Positions 15,773 to 25,614 are shown, numbered from the stretch's first letter. The stretch: DNA of 33,081 nucleotides from Rhodomicrobium sp. (GCA_052148445.1 JBKQIH010000018.1:1-33081); one strand, 5' to 3'. The notes: generated from the letters alone by a model not told the origin. A program made the numbers and translations.

Positions 15773-16924
15773 ATGGCTCTCCAGCCGCGCCACGCGCCGA
15801 TTGCGCAGGCCCGCGAGCTTGAAACCCAGATCCGCGGGTTCCCGCGCGGTTTCCGGCGGCGGCTGCGCAAGCTTGCCAGGGGTTCAAGCCGCGTTGGCGA
15901 ATTGCTCTACAGCTTTCCGGGGCTCGCCTTTGTACTGGCGGCCGGTGGAAGGCCCCTTGCCGCGCGCGGATTGGCGGTGAGACTGGTCAAGGACGGGCAG
16001 CCCCTGGCGGAGGCGGCCGCGGCTCTTGACGTGCCGCTTTGGATGAGGCGATTGCCGCCGGAGGCGTTCTGCGAACCGTTTGGAAACGTGCCCGGTAGCG
16101 ACGAGTTTGGCCGGCGCATCGTCAACGCAATTCCGGAGAAGCCGGAGGCAACGGCCATGTGGCTGCGCTGGGTCTTATTCGCCAGCGAGGCCTGCGACGA
16201 AAGCTTCGCGCTTTGGCTTGCGGGACAAAAAATTTACCAGGCCGAGTATGCGGATAAGCTGCCGCTCCTGCCGCTCGCCGCCTTTGCGTGGTTCTCGCGC
16301 CAAGACCGCGGACCGGCGCGCGGTCTGATCCGGTGGCCGTGGCATCGCACGATGGGGTTTGGCGCGGCGGTGGAGGAAATGCGCGCCTGGCTCGAACGCA
16401 TTATCCTCGACTATTGCCGGGACGGCGGCAGCCGGAACGGGAGCTGGTTCAAGACGCGGAAGGCATGCGGCTATCGCTTCACGCCGCTACTCACGGCGGA
16501 CGAACTTCGGGAGGAAGGCGACCGGATGCACAACTGCGTAGCCACCTATATGGAAAAGGTCGCAGCAGGCCACTGCCTGATCTACTCGATCAGGCGCGGC
16601 GGGCAGCGTATGGCAACCATGGAGATCGCGCCGCGCGAGGGCACACCGGTGATCACGCAGCTTTTGGCGGCGTCAAACACGACTGCAGGCGAAGAAGTTT
16701 GGAACGCGGCAAGGGCCTGGCTGTCGAACCAAGGCGCATATCCGGTGGCGGTTCAGCACTCCATCGCTCAGACCGCGGTCATTGCAAGCCGCTGGGAATC
16801 GGTCTGGCGGCCCTATTGGGAGGAAAGGCCACGGTTCGCGCCTCGTTTGGCCGAGCCGAATATGCGCACGCTCGTAAGTCTACGCCAGGATATCGCTGCG
16901 CTCGCGCGGCTTGCGAAGAAGTGA
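15773..16924 (+). CDS. PcfJ-like protein (family common on plasmids and integrative elements); hypothetical function
   Basis: 383 aa. Block EEGDRMHNCVATYMEKVAAGHCLIYSIRRGGQRMATMEI resembles the conserved M-x-H-C-V-x-x-Y...G-x-C-x-I-Y/S-x-R core of PcfJ-domain proteins. Assignment is tentative. Confidence 0.55.
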   Translation: MALQPRHAPIAQARELETQIRGFPRGFRRRLRKLARGSSRVGELLYSFPGLAFVLAAGGRPLAARGLAVRLVKDGQPLAEAAAALDVPLWMRRLPPEAFCEPFGNVPGSDEFGRRIVNAIPEKPEATAMWLRWVLFASEACDESFALWLAGQKIYQAEYADKLPLLPLAAFAWFSRQDRGPARGLIRWPWHRTMGFGAAVEEMRAWLERIILDYCRDGGSRNGSWFKTRKACGYRFTPLLTADELREEGDRMHNCVATYMEKVAAGHCLIYSIRRGGQRMATMEIAPREGTPVITQLLAASNTTAGEEVWNAARAWLSNQGAYPVAVQHSIAQTAVIASRWESVWRPYWEERPRFAPRLAEPNMRTLVSLRQDIAALARLAKK

Positions 16925-17360
16925 AGCGGCACTGGGCGCGCTCCCGGTCATCGAGCGGGGGATGCCGGGCTTCTTCGCCGTGCCGGTAGGAGAAATGATT
17001 CAGGTCCGCCCAGAGCAGACCCATACTGCTGTCGCACTCCTCCTGGTCTTGAAGTTCAAGGCAGCTCCATTTGCGTACAGACGATGCCGGCAAAGAAGCT
17101 CCGGTGTCGGGGGCGACGTCATCGAGCTAAGACTTCATTAAGGTTGCTACGCGGATGGATGCAAGGTCCGCGATAGTGATGGAACCTTGCAAGCATTAAT
17201 CTATTGGAAATCGACGAAGAAGCGCCGGATAGACTTGATGGATCTACTCCTGACTTCGTCCATCAATTCTACTGAAGACTGGAGAACGGAGCCGCCTTCT
17301 CGACCGCGTGGCCGGTAATGCCGGGCGGACTCCCATTCGCTCACCGATAGGGTTCCAAAT

Positions 17361-18470
17361 ATGAGCATCACCGCGTTTCCCTTTAAAAACAACGTCCCCG
17401 ACCCGCTCCTCGATGGAAAGGAGCTTCCTACGTTCAAATTCGCCTTGGAACAGTCGCGCGGCAAGGTCATGGATGGAAGCTTCGGCAAGGAAGCGACCGT
17501 CGCCCAATTACCGATCGCCAAGGGCATCGCCGGCGTCTCGATGCGTCTAGAACCTGGCGTGACGCGGGAACTCCACTGGCACGCGACCGCCGCGGAGTGG
17601 GCTTTTGTCCTGGAAGGCCGAGTGCGCACCACCGTCGTGGATCCGCTTGGCCGGTCGGAGATCAATGAGTTCGAGCCCGGCGACGTCTGGTATTTTCCTC
17701 GCGGTTATCCGCACGCGCTCTCTTGCCTCGGTGACAAACCGTGTCATTTCATACTGATTTTCGATAACGGCTATTTTTCCGAGTTCGGAACTTTCAGCAT
17801 CACCGATTGGCTTGGCCACGCATCGAAACCGCTGTTGGCCAAGAATTTTGGGGTATCCGAGGCGGTCTTCGAGGGTTTGTCAAACGAAGAAGCTTACTTT
17901 GTCCGCGGCCCGATCCCTCCCGGGCAGGCGATGCCGCTTCAGGGCGTGGAGAATACGCCGCCAGCAACCCACAAGTACCGGCTCCTGGCGCAGGAGCCCC
18001 ATTCGATCCACAAAGCCGGCCGTGAATGGCGCGTCGGTGCGAACCGCTTCCCCGTTTCTCAAACGATCACCGGTGTCGTCCTCGACCTCGATCCGGGCGG
18101 CCTCCGCGAATTACACTGGCATCCGAATGCCGACGAATGGCAGTACGCGATTGCCGGCGATTTCAGCGTCACGATGTTCGGCTCGCATGGCCGCTACCGG
18201 ACCGAGACGCTTGGCAAAGGTGACGTCGCCTACATCCCGCAGGGTTACGGCCATTCCATCGAAAACATCGGTAGCAAAGCCGGCCGGATGCTGATCGGCT
18301 TCAACACCGGGGATTACCAAGCGATTGACCTATCCCAATGGTTGGCGGGCAATCCGCCCTATCTGCTTGCGGATCATTTTGGCAAACCAGCGGCGGTCTT
18401 CGAAAAGTTCCCGAAGGAGCGGGTGTTCATCGCTCCGCCGGACGGGCATGGGCTGCGCGATATCAAATAG
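17361..18470 (+). CDS. Bicupin Mn-dependent oxalate decarboxylase family protein
   Basis: 369 aa with two cupin modules, each carrying ELHWH...EW ([14 protein letters not shown] and [14 protein letters not shown]). Lid segment FSEFGTF is comparable to the SENST lid of OxdC and retains the Glu. Confidence 0.85.
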   Translation: MSITAFPFKNNVPDPLLDGKELPTFKFALEQSRGKVMDGSFGKEATVAQLPIAKGIAGVSMRLEPGVTRELHWHATAAEWAFVLEGRVRTTVVDPLGRSEINEFEPGDVWYFPRGYPHALSCLGDKPCHFILIFDNGYFSEFGTFSITDWLGHASKPLLAKNFGVSEAVFEGLSNEEAYFVRGPIPPGQAMPLQGVENTPPATHKYRLLAQEPHSIHKAGREWRVGANRFPVSQTITGVVLDLDPGGLRELHWHPNADEWQYAIAGDFSVTMFGSHGRYRTETLGKGDVAYIPQGYGHSIENIGSKAGRMLIGFNTGDYQAIDLSQWLAGNPPYLLADHFGKPAAVFEKFPKERVFIAPPDGHGLRDIK

Positions 18471-18782
18471 CATCGAATGCGGAGAAAGGACCGTGTGTAG
18501 CGTCTGCACCGAAACCCGCAGCCCCTGCCGGCAGGCTCTGGGCAGCTCAGACCCAACACTTGCTTGAGCATTTCAGCATCGGCAAGGATTTGATGCCGCT
18601 TGAAATGATCGCCGCCGTAGGTTTTACTCCCATTCGAGCGTAATCGGGGCTAGCTCGAAGACACCACAAATCGCTGCCCCATAACGCTGGAACCCGGCGG
18701 GCCAATTTTATTTGCCGCGTGCCAGTTGACTTGCTTCCGTTGTGAGCACGAGCGCTTACTTATTCCGTTCAGGAAGGCTCAC

Positions 18783-21140
18783 ATGAAGAAGCGGCGTTTA
18801 TGGCAGATCGTTGCGGGCATTATGGGTCTGGCGGCTCTATTCATCAGCCTGCTGGGGCTCTGGTTTTGGTATATTCTCGCAGATAGCGTTCCAGTGCTGG
18901 AAGGGCAGATGCACCTCTCCGGCCTTCAGTTTCCGGTTGAAATCAAGCGCGACAAGTCAGGCGTTCCCACCATCACGGCAGGCAATCGATTGGATTTGGC
19001 GCGGGCGCTGGGTTTTCTGCACGGGCAGGAACGGTTCTTCCAAATGGATACCCTCCGGCGGTCTGGCGCCGGTGAACTCTCCGGGCTTTTGGGCGATGCC
19101 GCTGTACCGAACGATATATCGCATCGCGTCCACCGGTTCCGCGCCAGTGCCGCGGCTCTCTGGGCTCAGTTGCCCGGGGAACATCGGAAGCTTTTACAAG
19201 TCTATTCCGAAGGCGTGAATGCCGGTCTCTCAGCGCTGTCGAGAAAGCCGTTCGAATATACGCTGCTGCGAGCCGAGCCGGCCCCATGGCGGCCCGAGGA
19301 CACGCTGCTTACCGTTTATGCGATGTATTTTCAGCTCCAGGATAGCAATGGCTGGCTACAGCGGAGGAGGGCTTTCGCTGAAAAGGCGCTTGGGCCTTCG
19401 CTTGCCAATTTCCTCTACCCGCCCGGCGAACCTGACGACGCGGCCCTGGACGGAAGCATTCTGCCCGAGCCGGCGATGCCGCAGACATACATTACGCCGG
19501 CCGCCGGAGTCCCCGCTTCTGCACCGCCGCTCCCCAGCGGCAGTAACGCCTTTGCTGTTTCCGCCGCCAAGTCGAAATCGGGCCGCGCCATTGTCGCCAA
19601 CGACATGCATCTTCCCCTCCGCGTGCCTAATATCTGGTACCGGGCGCGGCTTCAGATACGCCAGGCGCAAGAGCTGTCCCTGGACCTCAACGGCGTCACG
19701 TTGCCGGGGAGCCCCCTCCTGGTTGCCGGCAGCAACGGCAAAATAGCCTGGGGGTTCACCGATGCCAACATAGCCACAAGCGATGCGATCGTCCTGACGC
19801 CGGCGGGCGGCGATCCGCGAAGCTACCTGACACCCGAGGGGCCCCGTCTTCTCTCGGTAACAACCGAGCGGATCTGCCCCGCACGGAGCTCCTGCCAGGA
19901 CCTAAAGGTCGAAGACTCGATCTGGGGACCAGTCGTCGCGCGCAACGCAGACGGTACCCGCATCGTATTGCGCTGGGCCGCCCACGATACGAACGCGATC
20001 AATTTCAATGGATTGTTTGAATTTGAGGGCGCCAGCACCATTCGGGAAGCCTTCGATGCCGCGCACCGGGCCGGCCTCCCGCAGGAGAATCTCGTCGCGG
20101 TTGACCGCGACGGTCATGTGGGCTGGACGATCATGGGGCAGGTGCCAAGGCGCGCCGGCCTCGACGGCCTGCCGCACTCGTGGGCGGACGGCAGCCGGAA
20201 ATGGCAGGGCTATCTGAGCCCCGGTGAAATCCCTGAAATCCTCGATCCGCCGGACGGCCTTATTTGGTCGGCAAATAACCGCGCTGTCGGCGGCGCTGCC
20301 CTGTCCCTGCTCGGAAATGGCGGCTATGCGGACGCCGCCCGTGCCAGACGGATTCGAGACGATCTCAAGGCGAAAGACAAGTTCGCCGAAACCGATCTGC
20401 TTTCGATCCAGCTCGACATCCATGCCTCGGAACTCAAACCTTGGCAGGGAATTCTCGTTGAGCTCCTCAAAACGCATAAGGACGCGCTTTCGGTTTCGAT
20501 GCTGAGCGAGGTTAAGAGCTGGGGTGAGGCTGCCGCAATCGATTCTGTTGGCTACCGGCTTGTTCGCAGCTTCGAAGAAGAAGCCATCCACCTGATTTAC
20601 GGTGGCTTTGGAGGCGCAATCAAAGCGCTGGCAGGCTCCGGCGCCGGTAAGGTTACGCCCCCGCGGGCGGAATGGCCAAGCTTGCGGCTTTTGAGCGCGC
20701 GCCCAAATCACTTGGTCCCCCCGCCTTTTAAGACATGGAATGAAGTCATGGACGCACTTCACGATCGCTTGACAAAGCGCGTTCGCGACGAAGCCGGCGG
20801 CGACCTTGCAAAATTCACCTGGGGCCAAAGAAACCACGCCGGGATCCATCACCCCTTAGCGATGGCAATTCCCGCGCTGGGCTTGCTTACCGATCCGCCA
20901 GATGTCCCTCTTCCTGGAGACACTCTGGTTCCCAGAGTTGCGTCGCCAGGCTTCGGCGCCTCGGAGCGCTTTGTGATCAGCCCTGGACACGAAAGCGAAG
21001 GTATCTTCGAGATGCCGGTTGGAGAGGCTGGCAACCCGCTGAGCCCTTACTTTCTGGCAGGCCAGTCCGGCTGGCTTGATGGCAGCGCCTCTCCCTTTCT
21101 GCCAGGGGCTCCACGATGGACGCTCGTTTTGCTTCCCTGA
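18783..21140 (+). CDS. Penicillin amidase / acyl-homoserine-lactone acylase family (Ntn hydrolase), membrane-anchored
   Basis: 785 aa from ATG 18783 (AGGAAGG upstream). N-terminal TM anchor MKKRRLWQIVAGIMGLAALFISLLGLWFWYIL. Ntn-hydrolase nucleophile context ..PSGSNAFAVSAAKS... Confidence 0.85.
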   Translation: MKKRRLWQIVAGIMGLAALFISLLGLWFWYILADSVPVLEGQMHLSGLQFPVEIKRDKSGVPTITAGNRLDLARALGFLHGQERFFQMDTLRRSGAGELSGLLGDAAVPNDISHRVHRFRASAAALWAQLPGEHRKLLQVYSEGVNAGLSALSRKPFEYTLLRAEPAPWRPEDTLLTVYAMYFQLQDSNGWLQRRRAFAEKALGPSLANFLYPPGEPDDAALDGSILPEPAMPQTYITPAAGVPASAPPLPSGSNAFAVSAAKSKSGRAIVANDMHLPLRVPNIWYRARLQIRQAQELSLDLNGVTLPGSPLLVAGSNGKIAWGFTDANIATSDAIVLTPAGGDPRSYLTPEGPRLLSVTTERICPARSSCQDLKVEDSIWGPVVARNADGTRIVLRWAAHDTNAINFNGLFEFEGASTIREAFDAAHRAGLPQENLVAVDRDGHVGWTIMGQVPRRAGLDGLPHSWADGSRKWQGYLSPGEIPEILDPPDGLIWSANNRAVGGAALSLLGNGGYADAARARRIRDDLKAKDKFAETDLLSIQLDIHASELKPWQGILVELLKTHKDALSVSMLSEVKSWGEAAAIDSVGYRLVRSFEEEAIHLIYGGFGGAIKALAGSGAGKVTPPRAEWPSLRLLSARPNHLVPPPFKTWNEVMDALHDRLTKRVRDEAGGDLAKFTWGQRNHAGIHHPLAMAIPALGLLTDPPDVPLPGDTLVPRVASPGFGASERFVISPGHESEGIFEMPVGEAGNPLSPYFLAGQSGWLDGSASPFLPGAPRWTLVLLP

Positions 21141-21164
21141 ACCGCTAGTATGAGGTGCATGCTG

Positions 21165-21207
21165 CCCCCGCCCGGCAAGGTGTTGTCGCGTTTGCGGGGC
21201 GTTTTCA
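21165..21207 (+). terminator. Weak candidate intrinsic terminator after the acylase gene
   Basis: CCCCGC (21166-21171) ... GCGGGG (21194-21199) followed by CGTTTTC. Loop is long (22 nt), so low confidence. Confidence 0.2.
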
Positions 21208-21437
21208 CGCGACCAAGACCTTGCGCCGGCCAACGGGAACCACGGCCAGCGTCGCGCCTGAACGGCCGCTTTTGCAGACTGCGGACAAATAGGATTGGGC
21301 ACGATTTTGCATACGTATTGACAGCGCTCGCATTGAAGTAATTTGATAGAGTCACGCGCCTGTTCCGGTTCCGGCTCAATGGCGCTCTGAAAAGTGTACG
21401 ATGTAACCGGCACAGCAAATGTCGAAGGGATTGTATC

Positions 21438-22016
21438 ATGAACAAAAAGACTCGCATTGCCGGCCTGTTTCTGCTTGCGGGTCTTCTTTGCATTGCCTCA
21501 CCGGCACTTCCCCAGCAAGCTTTTCCGGCCCAGGCTCCAGGGGCAAGCCCGCAAACGCAGCCTTATTACGGGTACCAGCCGAAATATTACGGCTATCAGC
21601 CGCAATGGCAGGCACCCGTCAATCAGCAGCCAGGGTGGCAGTCTCCGGCCGCGCCAGGCCAAGCCGGCCCGCAGTTATCCGCGCAACGGCGCTGGCCGCC
21701 TGCGGGTACTTCCGCAGAATGGCCGCCCCAAGCGGCACAACACGGCGGCGGATCCAACGAATGGCTTGCCGGATCCACCGCGCCCGCAGCCGGGCAATCC
21801 CACACAAACCAACCGCCGCTGCCGGCAGCGCCAGCTCCCGCGCATCCACCTAGCCAGCCTATCCCCAGCCCCGCACAAGCCGCGGCTGTCCCCCAGCTTG
21901 TGCAAGGTCCGCCCATGCCGCCCTACGGCGACGAACGCATGACGCGCCCGCCTGGCTCGCCTTGGCCATGGGGCGTCAATCCCGGCAATCCATATAGTCA
22001 GACCCCGCCTTGGTAG
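21438..22016 (+). CDS. Secreted low-complexity Pro/Gln/Tyr-rich protein (hypothetical)
   Basis: ATG with AAGGGA upstream. Signal peptide MNKKTRIAGLFLLAGLLCIASPALP. Tandem coding repeat YYGYQPK/YYGYQPQ (21 nt x2 at about 21561-21602). Extended PQ-rich sequence. Confidence 0.6.
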   Translation: MNKKTRIAGLFLLAGLLCIASPALPQQAFPAQAPGASPQTQPYYGYQPKYYGYQPQWQAPVNQQPGWQSPAAPGQAGPQLSAQRRWPPAGTSAEWPPQAAQHGGGSNEWLAGSTAPAAGQSHTNQPPLPAAPAPAHPPSQPIPSPAQAAAVPQLVQGPPMPPYGDERMTRPPGSPWPWGVNPGNPYSQTPPW

Positions 22017-22400
22017 GGTGGCGTTGTTCGGCGCCCCGCGGTTGGCCCCGATCTTGGACTTTCCGGCTCTAATTGGCGGTGGGGGAATCAGAGAGGCCGA
22101 ACCGCATCGAGGGTTGAGAAGAAAATTTTACGTTAGGGATTGATGCCTGAGTTTTCACGCGGCCAAGATCCAAAAGAGAAACTCACGCGGGCCCGGCTGG
22201 TAAAATGCGGGGACTACGGGCTTTTGCCACTTGTTGCGCATACGCACATCCTCAATTTATGAGTACCAGCGATTTCAGTTCCACGAGTGCGGTTCCGGCG
22301 AGTCCGGGCGCGCGGACGCGCTTGTGTTGGTTCTGGAAGCGCGCTTCGCCATTGGCGGCTTAAGGGCGCGCGCTTGCTACAGTTAATGGAGGCTAAGCCT

Positions 22401-22523
22401 ATGAAATCCAATCATGGATCGGCCACTCTCACGCGGGTAGCGCCCGCTTTAAATGAGGTGACCGATGAGAACAAGAGCATTCCGCCGTCATCAAACATAC
22501 CGGCATATGTGGCGCAGGCTTAA
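22401..22523 (+). CDS. Hypothetical 40-aa ORF with strong ribosome-binding site
   Basis: GGAGG 8 nt upstream of ATG 22401. Product MKSNHGSATLTRVAPALNEVTDENKSIPPSSNIPAYVAQA. Overlaps the next ORF in another frame, so at most one of the two is likely real. Confidence 0.25.
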   Translation: MKSNHGSATLTRVAPALNEVTDENKSIPPSSNIPAYVAQA

Positions 22524-22737
22524 GGAAGACCGTAATCAACATTACAACGATTTGGATTGTCCATGCTGGACGGACAAAGGGGCAATGGCGCGGTTCAAAG
22601 AGCAACCGAAAAGGTGCAGCCGGGCTTGTTGCGGCAATCCACGCTACCACCACGGCTGGCCGGCTTATTCGGCGCTAACGCTCCAGGAGCGAAAGGCTCT
22701 GGAGGCCTATCGGAACTCGACATGTGAATTACACTAG
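22465..22737 (+). CDS. Hypothetical small basic Cys-rich protein (90 aa)
   Basis: GAGGTG 4 nt before the ATG. Contains C-P-C-W ... C-x-x-A-C-C-G-N-P-R-Y-H-H-G, a possible metal-binding knuckle. Family not recognised. Confidence 0.3.
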   Translation: MRTRAFRRHQTYRHMWRRLKEDRNQHYNDLDCPCWTDKGAMARFKEQPKRCSRACCGNPRYHHGWPAYSALTLQERKALEAYRNSTCELH

Positions 22738-22786
22738 ATCGCCAAAGCCGCGCCGCTTTGCGAGGAGCACCAGAACAATGCCAGAT

Positions 22787-22927
22787 GCGAGCGGCGCCGG
22801 GATTCCAGAAAGTTACCCGGCCCTCACGGTCCGTTGCAATGATGGCCTCCGAAGCTGTCTGAAGGATCGCTTCCAGTACAGCGCGGGCGGACTCCATCGA
22901 ACCCGCTTGTCTAGTATCGCTAGGCAT
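22787..22927 (-). pseudogene. PAS-domain remnant (first roughly 37 residues of a PAS fold, then out-of-register sequence)
   Basis: ESARAVLEAILQTASEAIIATDREGRVTFWNPGAARI matches the N-terminal strand/helix block of PAS domains. The remainder of the listed 110-aa ORF has no PAS-like continuation. Confidence 0.3.
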
Positions 22928-23317
22928 CGCGTTAAAGCTCCCCTTCGCTTCGTACTTGTTTGAGTGCTTGCGTCAAATCGTCGAGCAGGTCGCTTTTCGC
23001 TTCGAGCCCCTACGATCGCTCGTGCTGCCTACCGTCGGCGGCAGCTCCAGATCGATTAGTGACGCGTAGGTTCGCTTTTTCAAGAATTGAGTAACCGTCG
23101 TTCGCTGGACTGGTTCCATCCGAAGAAGGCCGGCTTTATTATGCTGGCGCGATCTGGCGGCGGGGCAGGAATTGAAACCTCATTGAACGCGCCGCAATCC
23201 ACCTAAAGGGGAGAAGTCATTCGCGGGAATGCTTGGCCGAGCTTCCTAATGAGGAGCTCGCTCGACTTACCCGCGCGATGCAGGATCATCGTAGTCGCCG
23301 GGCAAAGGAGACTGTAG

Positions 23318-25405
23318 ATGAGAAAGATAGCCACCGCCGGGCCTACTCCGCCGCTGGCGATCCAATGGGTCCGGTCCGCGGCGGCGCGGGCTCAGCAGGT
23401 TGCCGCTCGCTTATGGCATGAGAAGTCTCCTCTGCTATTTGGCCTCCGTCTATGGGCTTCGGTCTGCCTTGCGCTCTACATCGCATTCTGGCTCGAGCTC
23501 GACAATGCTTACTGGGCGGGGACTTCAGCCGCCATTGTTTGTATGCCCAGTGTTGGCGCGTCGTTCCGCAAGGCCTCAGGCTACCTGATGGGAACTATCG
23601 CCGGCGCGGTTTTTATCGTCGTGCTGAGCGCGGCATTTCCGCAACAGCGGGCCCTCTTCCTTCTCGGACTCGCGCTATGGGGCGGTTTAAGCACGCTCAT
23701 TGCTTCTATTCTCTACAATTACGCTTCGTACGCCGCGGTGCTTGCTGGTTTCACCGCGGCGATCATAGCAGGTGACGAACTCGGCGCCGTTGGCGGGACG
23801 AACGGCCAAGTGTTCATGCTTGCCGTAAATCGGGCGAGTGAAATCTCTATCGGCATAGTTTCGTCCGGCATTGTTCTCGCCGGGACCGATTTCGGCACTG
23901 CGCGGCGCAGGCTCAGGGCGCAATTCGCGGCCGTACTTTCCCAGGCCGCGGCAGGATTTTTCCGGGCGTTCACCTTGCCGCCCGCGATGCAAGAAGGAAC
24001 GCGGGAGGCTCGGCGCGGCCTTATACGCCGCGTCTCCGGGCTGGATTCAGTCATCGACGAAGCAATCGGAGAGTCCTCGGAAATACGCTACCGGTCGGGC
24101 ATCTTTCAAGACGCATTGGATGCCCTGTTCGCCATTCTTGCGGGGTGGGCCACGATTGCCAATCATTTGGAGGAGACCCCTAGCGATGAGGGGCAGGAAG
24201 ACGCGGCCGCCATTCTAAGATGTATTCCGCCCGAGCTTCAATCGGCATTTGAAGCAGGCAACATCAGCGTCTGCATAGCGAGGACCGCGGAGCTGCGCGC
24301 TTTGTCAAAAAGCGCCGGCGACACCCTGGCCGCTCTGCCTGCAGCCACACCGTCACTGCAACTGCTCGCCGACGGGGCTGCGAGAACGCTGGGCTACCTC
24401 TCCCATGCGGTTAATGGTGTGATGTTCCTCAACGATCCCATGGGAGCGCTCCAATGGCGGCATCACAGGCAGATTCGCGTGCCCGATCTGCTTCCTGCTC
24501 TTGTCAACGGCCTCCGGGCCTTTCTGACTATCGCTGCAGTTTCACTGTTCTGGGTTGTAACGGAATGGCCCAACGGCGCTCAAGCCATAACCTTCGCGGC
24601 GATTGGCGTCATTTTGCTGTCTCCGAGAGGAGATTTGGCTCCCGCCACTGCCGTCAGGTTTTTTCTTGGCGGCGTTCTGACAAGTATTCTCGCTGCAATT
24701 GTGAAATTCGCGCTGCTTCCTAAACTTCAGACATTTGAGGGCTTTTGTTTAGCAATCGGGCTTGTCCTTGTTCCCCTCGGTGCAATGCTAGCCCAGCCGT
24801 GGCAAACGGGCGTATTTATTGCCGCCGCCTATTTCTTTATGACCCTTTTGGGTCCAGCGAACGAAATGACCTATGATACTATTCAATTCTACAATTCTTC
24901 CCTGGCCATCGTTGGGGGGCTAGGCTTTGCAGCGCTTTCGATGGTCTTGCTGCCGCAGCTACCTCCAGCAATAAGGGCCCGGCGTCTCCTCGCCTTGACG
25001 CTTGGCGATTTCCGCCGATTAGCGGCCCGGCCCAGCAATTCATCGGTAGACGGCTGGGTTGGCCGCGTGTCGGGAAGAATAGTGGCGCTTCCGGACCAAG
25101 CCAAGCCTATACAATTTGCCCGCTTGGGATACGCTATGCTGGCCGGCGCACAAATAATCCGGCTGCAAACCTTAGGGTCTGGACTCGGCCTCGCTACAAA
25201 GCTCAATGCCGTATTCGACGCTATAGCGCACGGCAATAGCCAAGCTGCGATAGAGCTTATCGCCCGGCTTGACCAGAACTTGGCGGAAGTTGAAAGCAGC
25301 GGTGCAGACGCGAACGCCAGAATTAAGCTGCGCGCCGGCATCCTTCTTTTGTCTGAAGCATTATCCCGCCATGGCGCCTACTTCGACGGAAAAGCGTTGG
25401 AATGA
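23318..25405 (+). CDS. FUSC family (fusaric acid resistance / AaeB-like) inner-membrane efflux protein
   Basis: 695 aa. AAGGAG 7 nt upstream. Two multi-TM halves separated by a cytoplasmic domain, typical of AaeB/FUSC proteins. Confidence 0.85.
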   Translation: MRKIATAGPTPPLAIQWVRSAAARAQQVAARLWHEKSPLLFGLRLWASVCLALYIAFWLELDNAYWAGTSAAIVCMPSVGASFRKASGYLMGTIAGAVFIVVLSAAFPQQRALFLLGLALWGGLSTLIASILYNYASYAAVLAGFTAAIIAGDELGAVGGTNGQVFMLAVNRASEISIGIVSSGIVLAGTDFGTARRRLRAQFAAVLSQAAAGFFRAFTLPPAMQEGTREARRGLIRRVSGLDSVIDEAIGESSEIRYRSGIFQDALDALFAILAGWATIANHLEETPSDEGQEDAAAILRCIPPELQSAFEAGNISVCIARTAELRALSKSAGDTLAALPAATPSLQLLADGAARTLGYLSHAVNGVMFLNDPMGALQWRHHRQIRVPDLLPALVNGLRAFLTIAAVSLFWVVTEWPNGAQAITFAAIGVILLSPRGDLAPATAVRFFLGGVLTSILAAIVKFALLPKLQTFEGFCLAIGLVLVPLGAMLAQPWQTGVFIAAAYFFMTLLGPANEMTYDTIQFYNSSLAIVGGLGFAALSMVLLPQLPPAIRARRLLALTLGDFRRLAARPSNSSVDGWVGRVSGRIVALPDQAKPIQFARLGYAMLAGAQIIRLQTLGSGLGLATKLNAVFDAIAHGNSQAAIELIARLDQNLAEVESSGADANARIKLRAGILLLSEALSRHGAYFDGKALE

Positions 25406-25614
25406 GTTTCACCGAGGTCGATCTCTTTGGCGTCTATGTCGCGCCTATTTCTTTAATGATGGTCGCGGCGTGGCTGCTCATGATTCCAATTCGACGGGCA
25501 GCTACCCGTGTGGGGCTTTTGGGGAACGTATGGCACCCGGCCCTGTTCGACTTCGCGATTTATATGATCGTGCTCTCCTCGATCGTACTCATCGCCGCAC
25601 GCTGGAATGAATGA
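25402..25614 (+). CDS. DUF1656 / AaeX-like small membrane protein
   Basis: 70 aa. ATGA overlap with the FUSC stop. Conserved VWHPALF motif as in E. coli AaeX. Confidence 0.75.
   Translation: MSFTEVDLFGVYVAPISLMMVAAWLLMIPIRRAATRVGLLGNVWHPALFDFAIYMIVLSSIVLIAARWNE

Noticed and set aside
15627-15980. Plus-strand 117-aa ORF overlapping the PcfJ-like gene start
   Set aside because: Arg-rich and out of frame with the better-supported 383-aa PcfJ-like ORF that has an SD-like GGAGAAAGAG upstream.
21403-21426. GTAACC-N14-CGAA upstream of the 21438 gene as a third SigF-type promoter
   Set aside because: Spacer is 2 nt shorter than the N16 consensus, and the CGAA overlaps the SD only 12 nt from the ATG, so it is not positioned like a -10 element.
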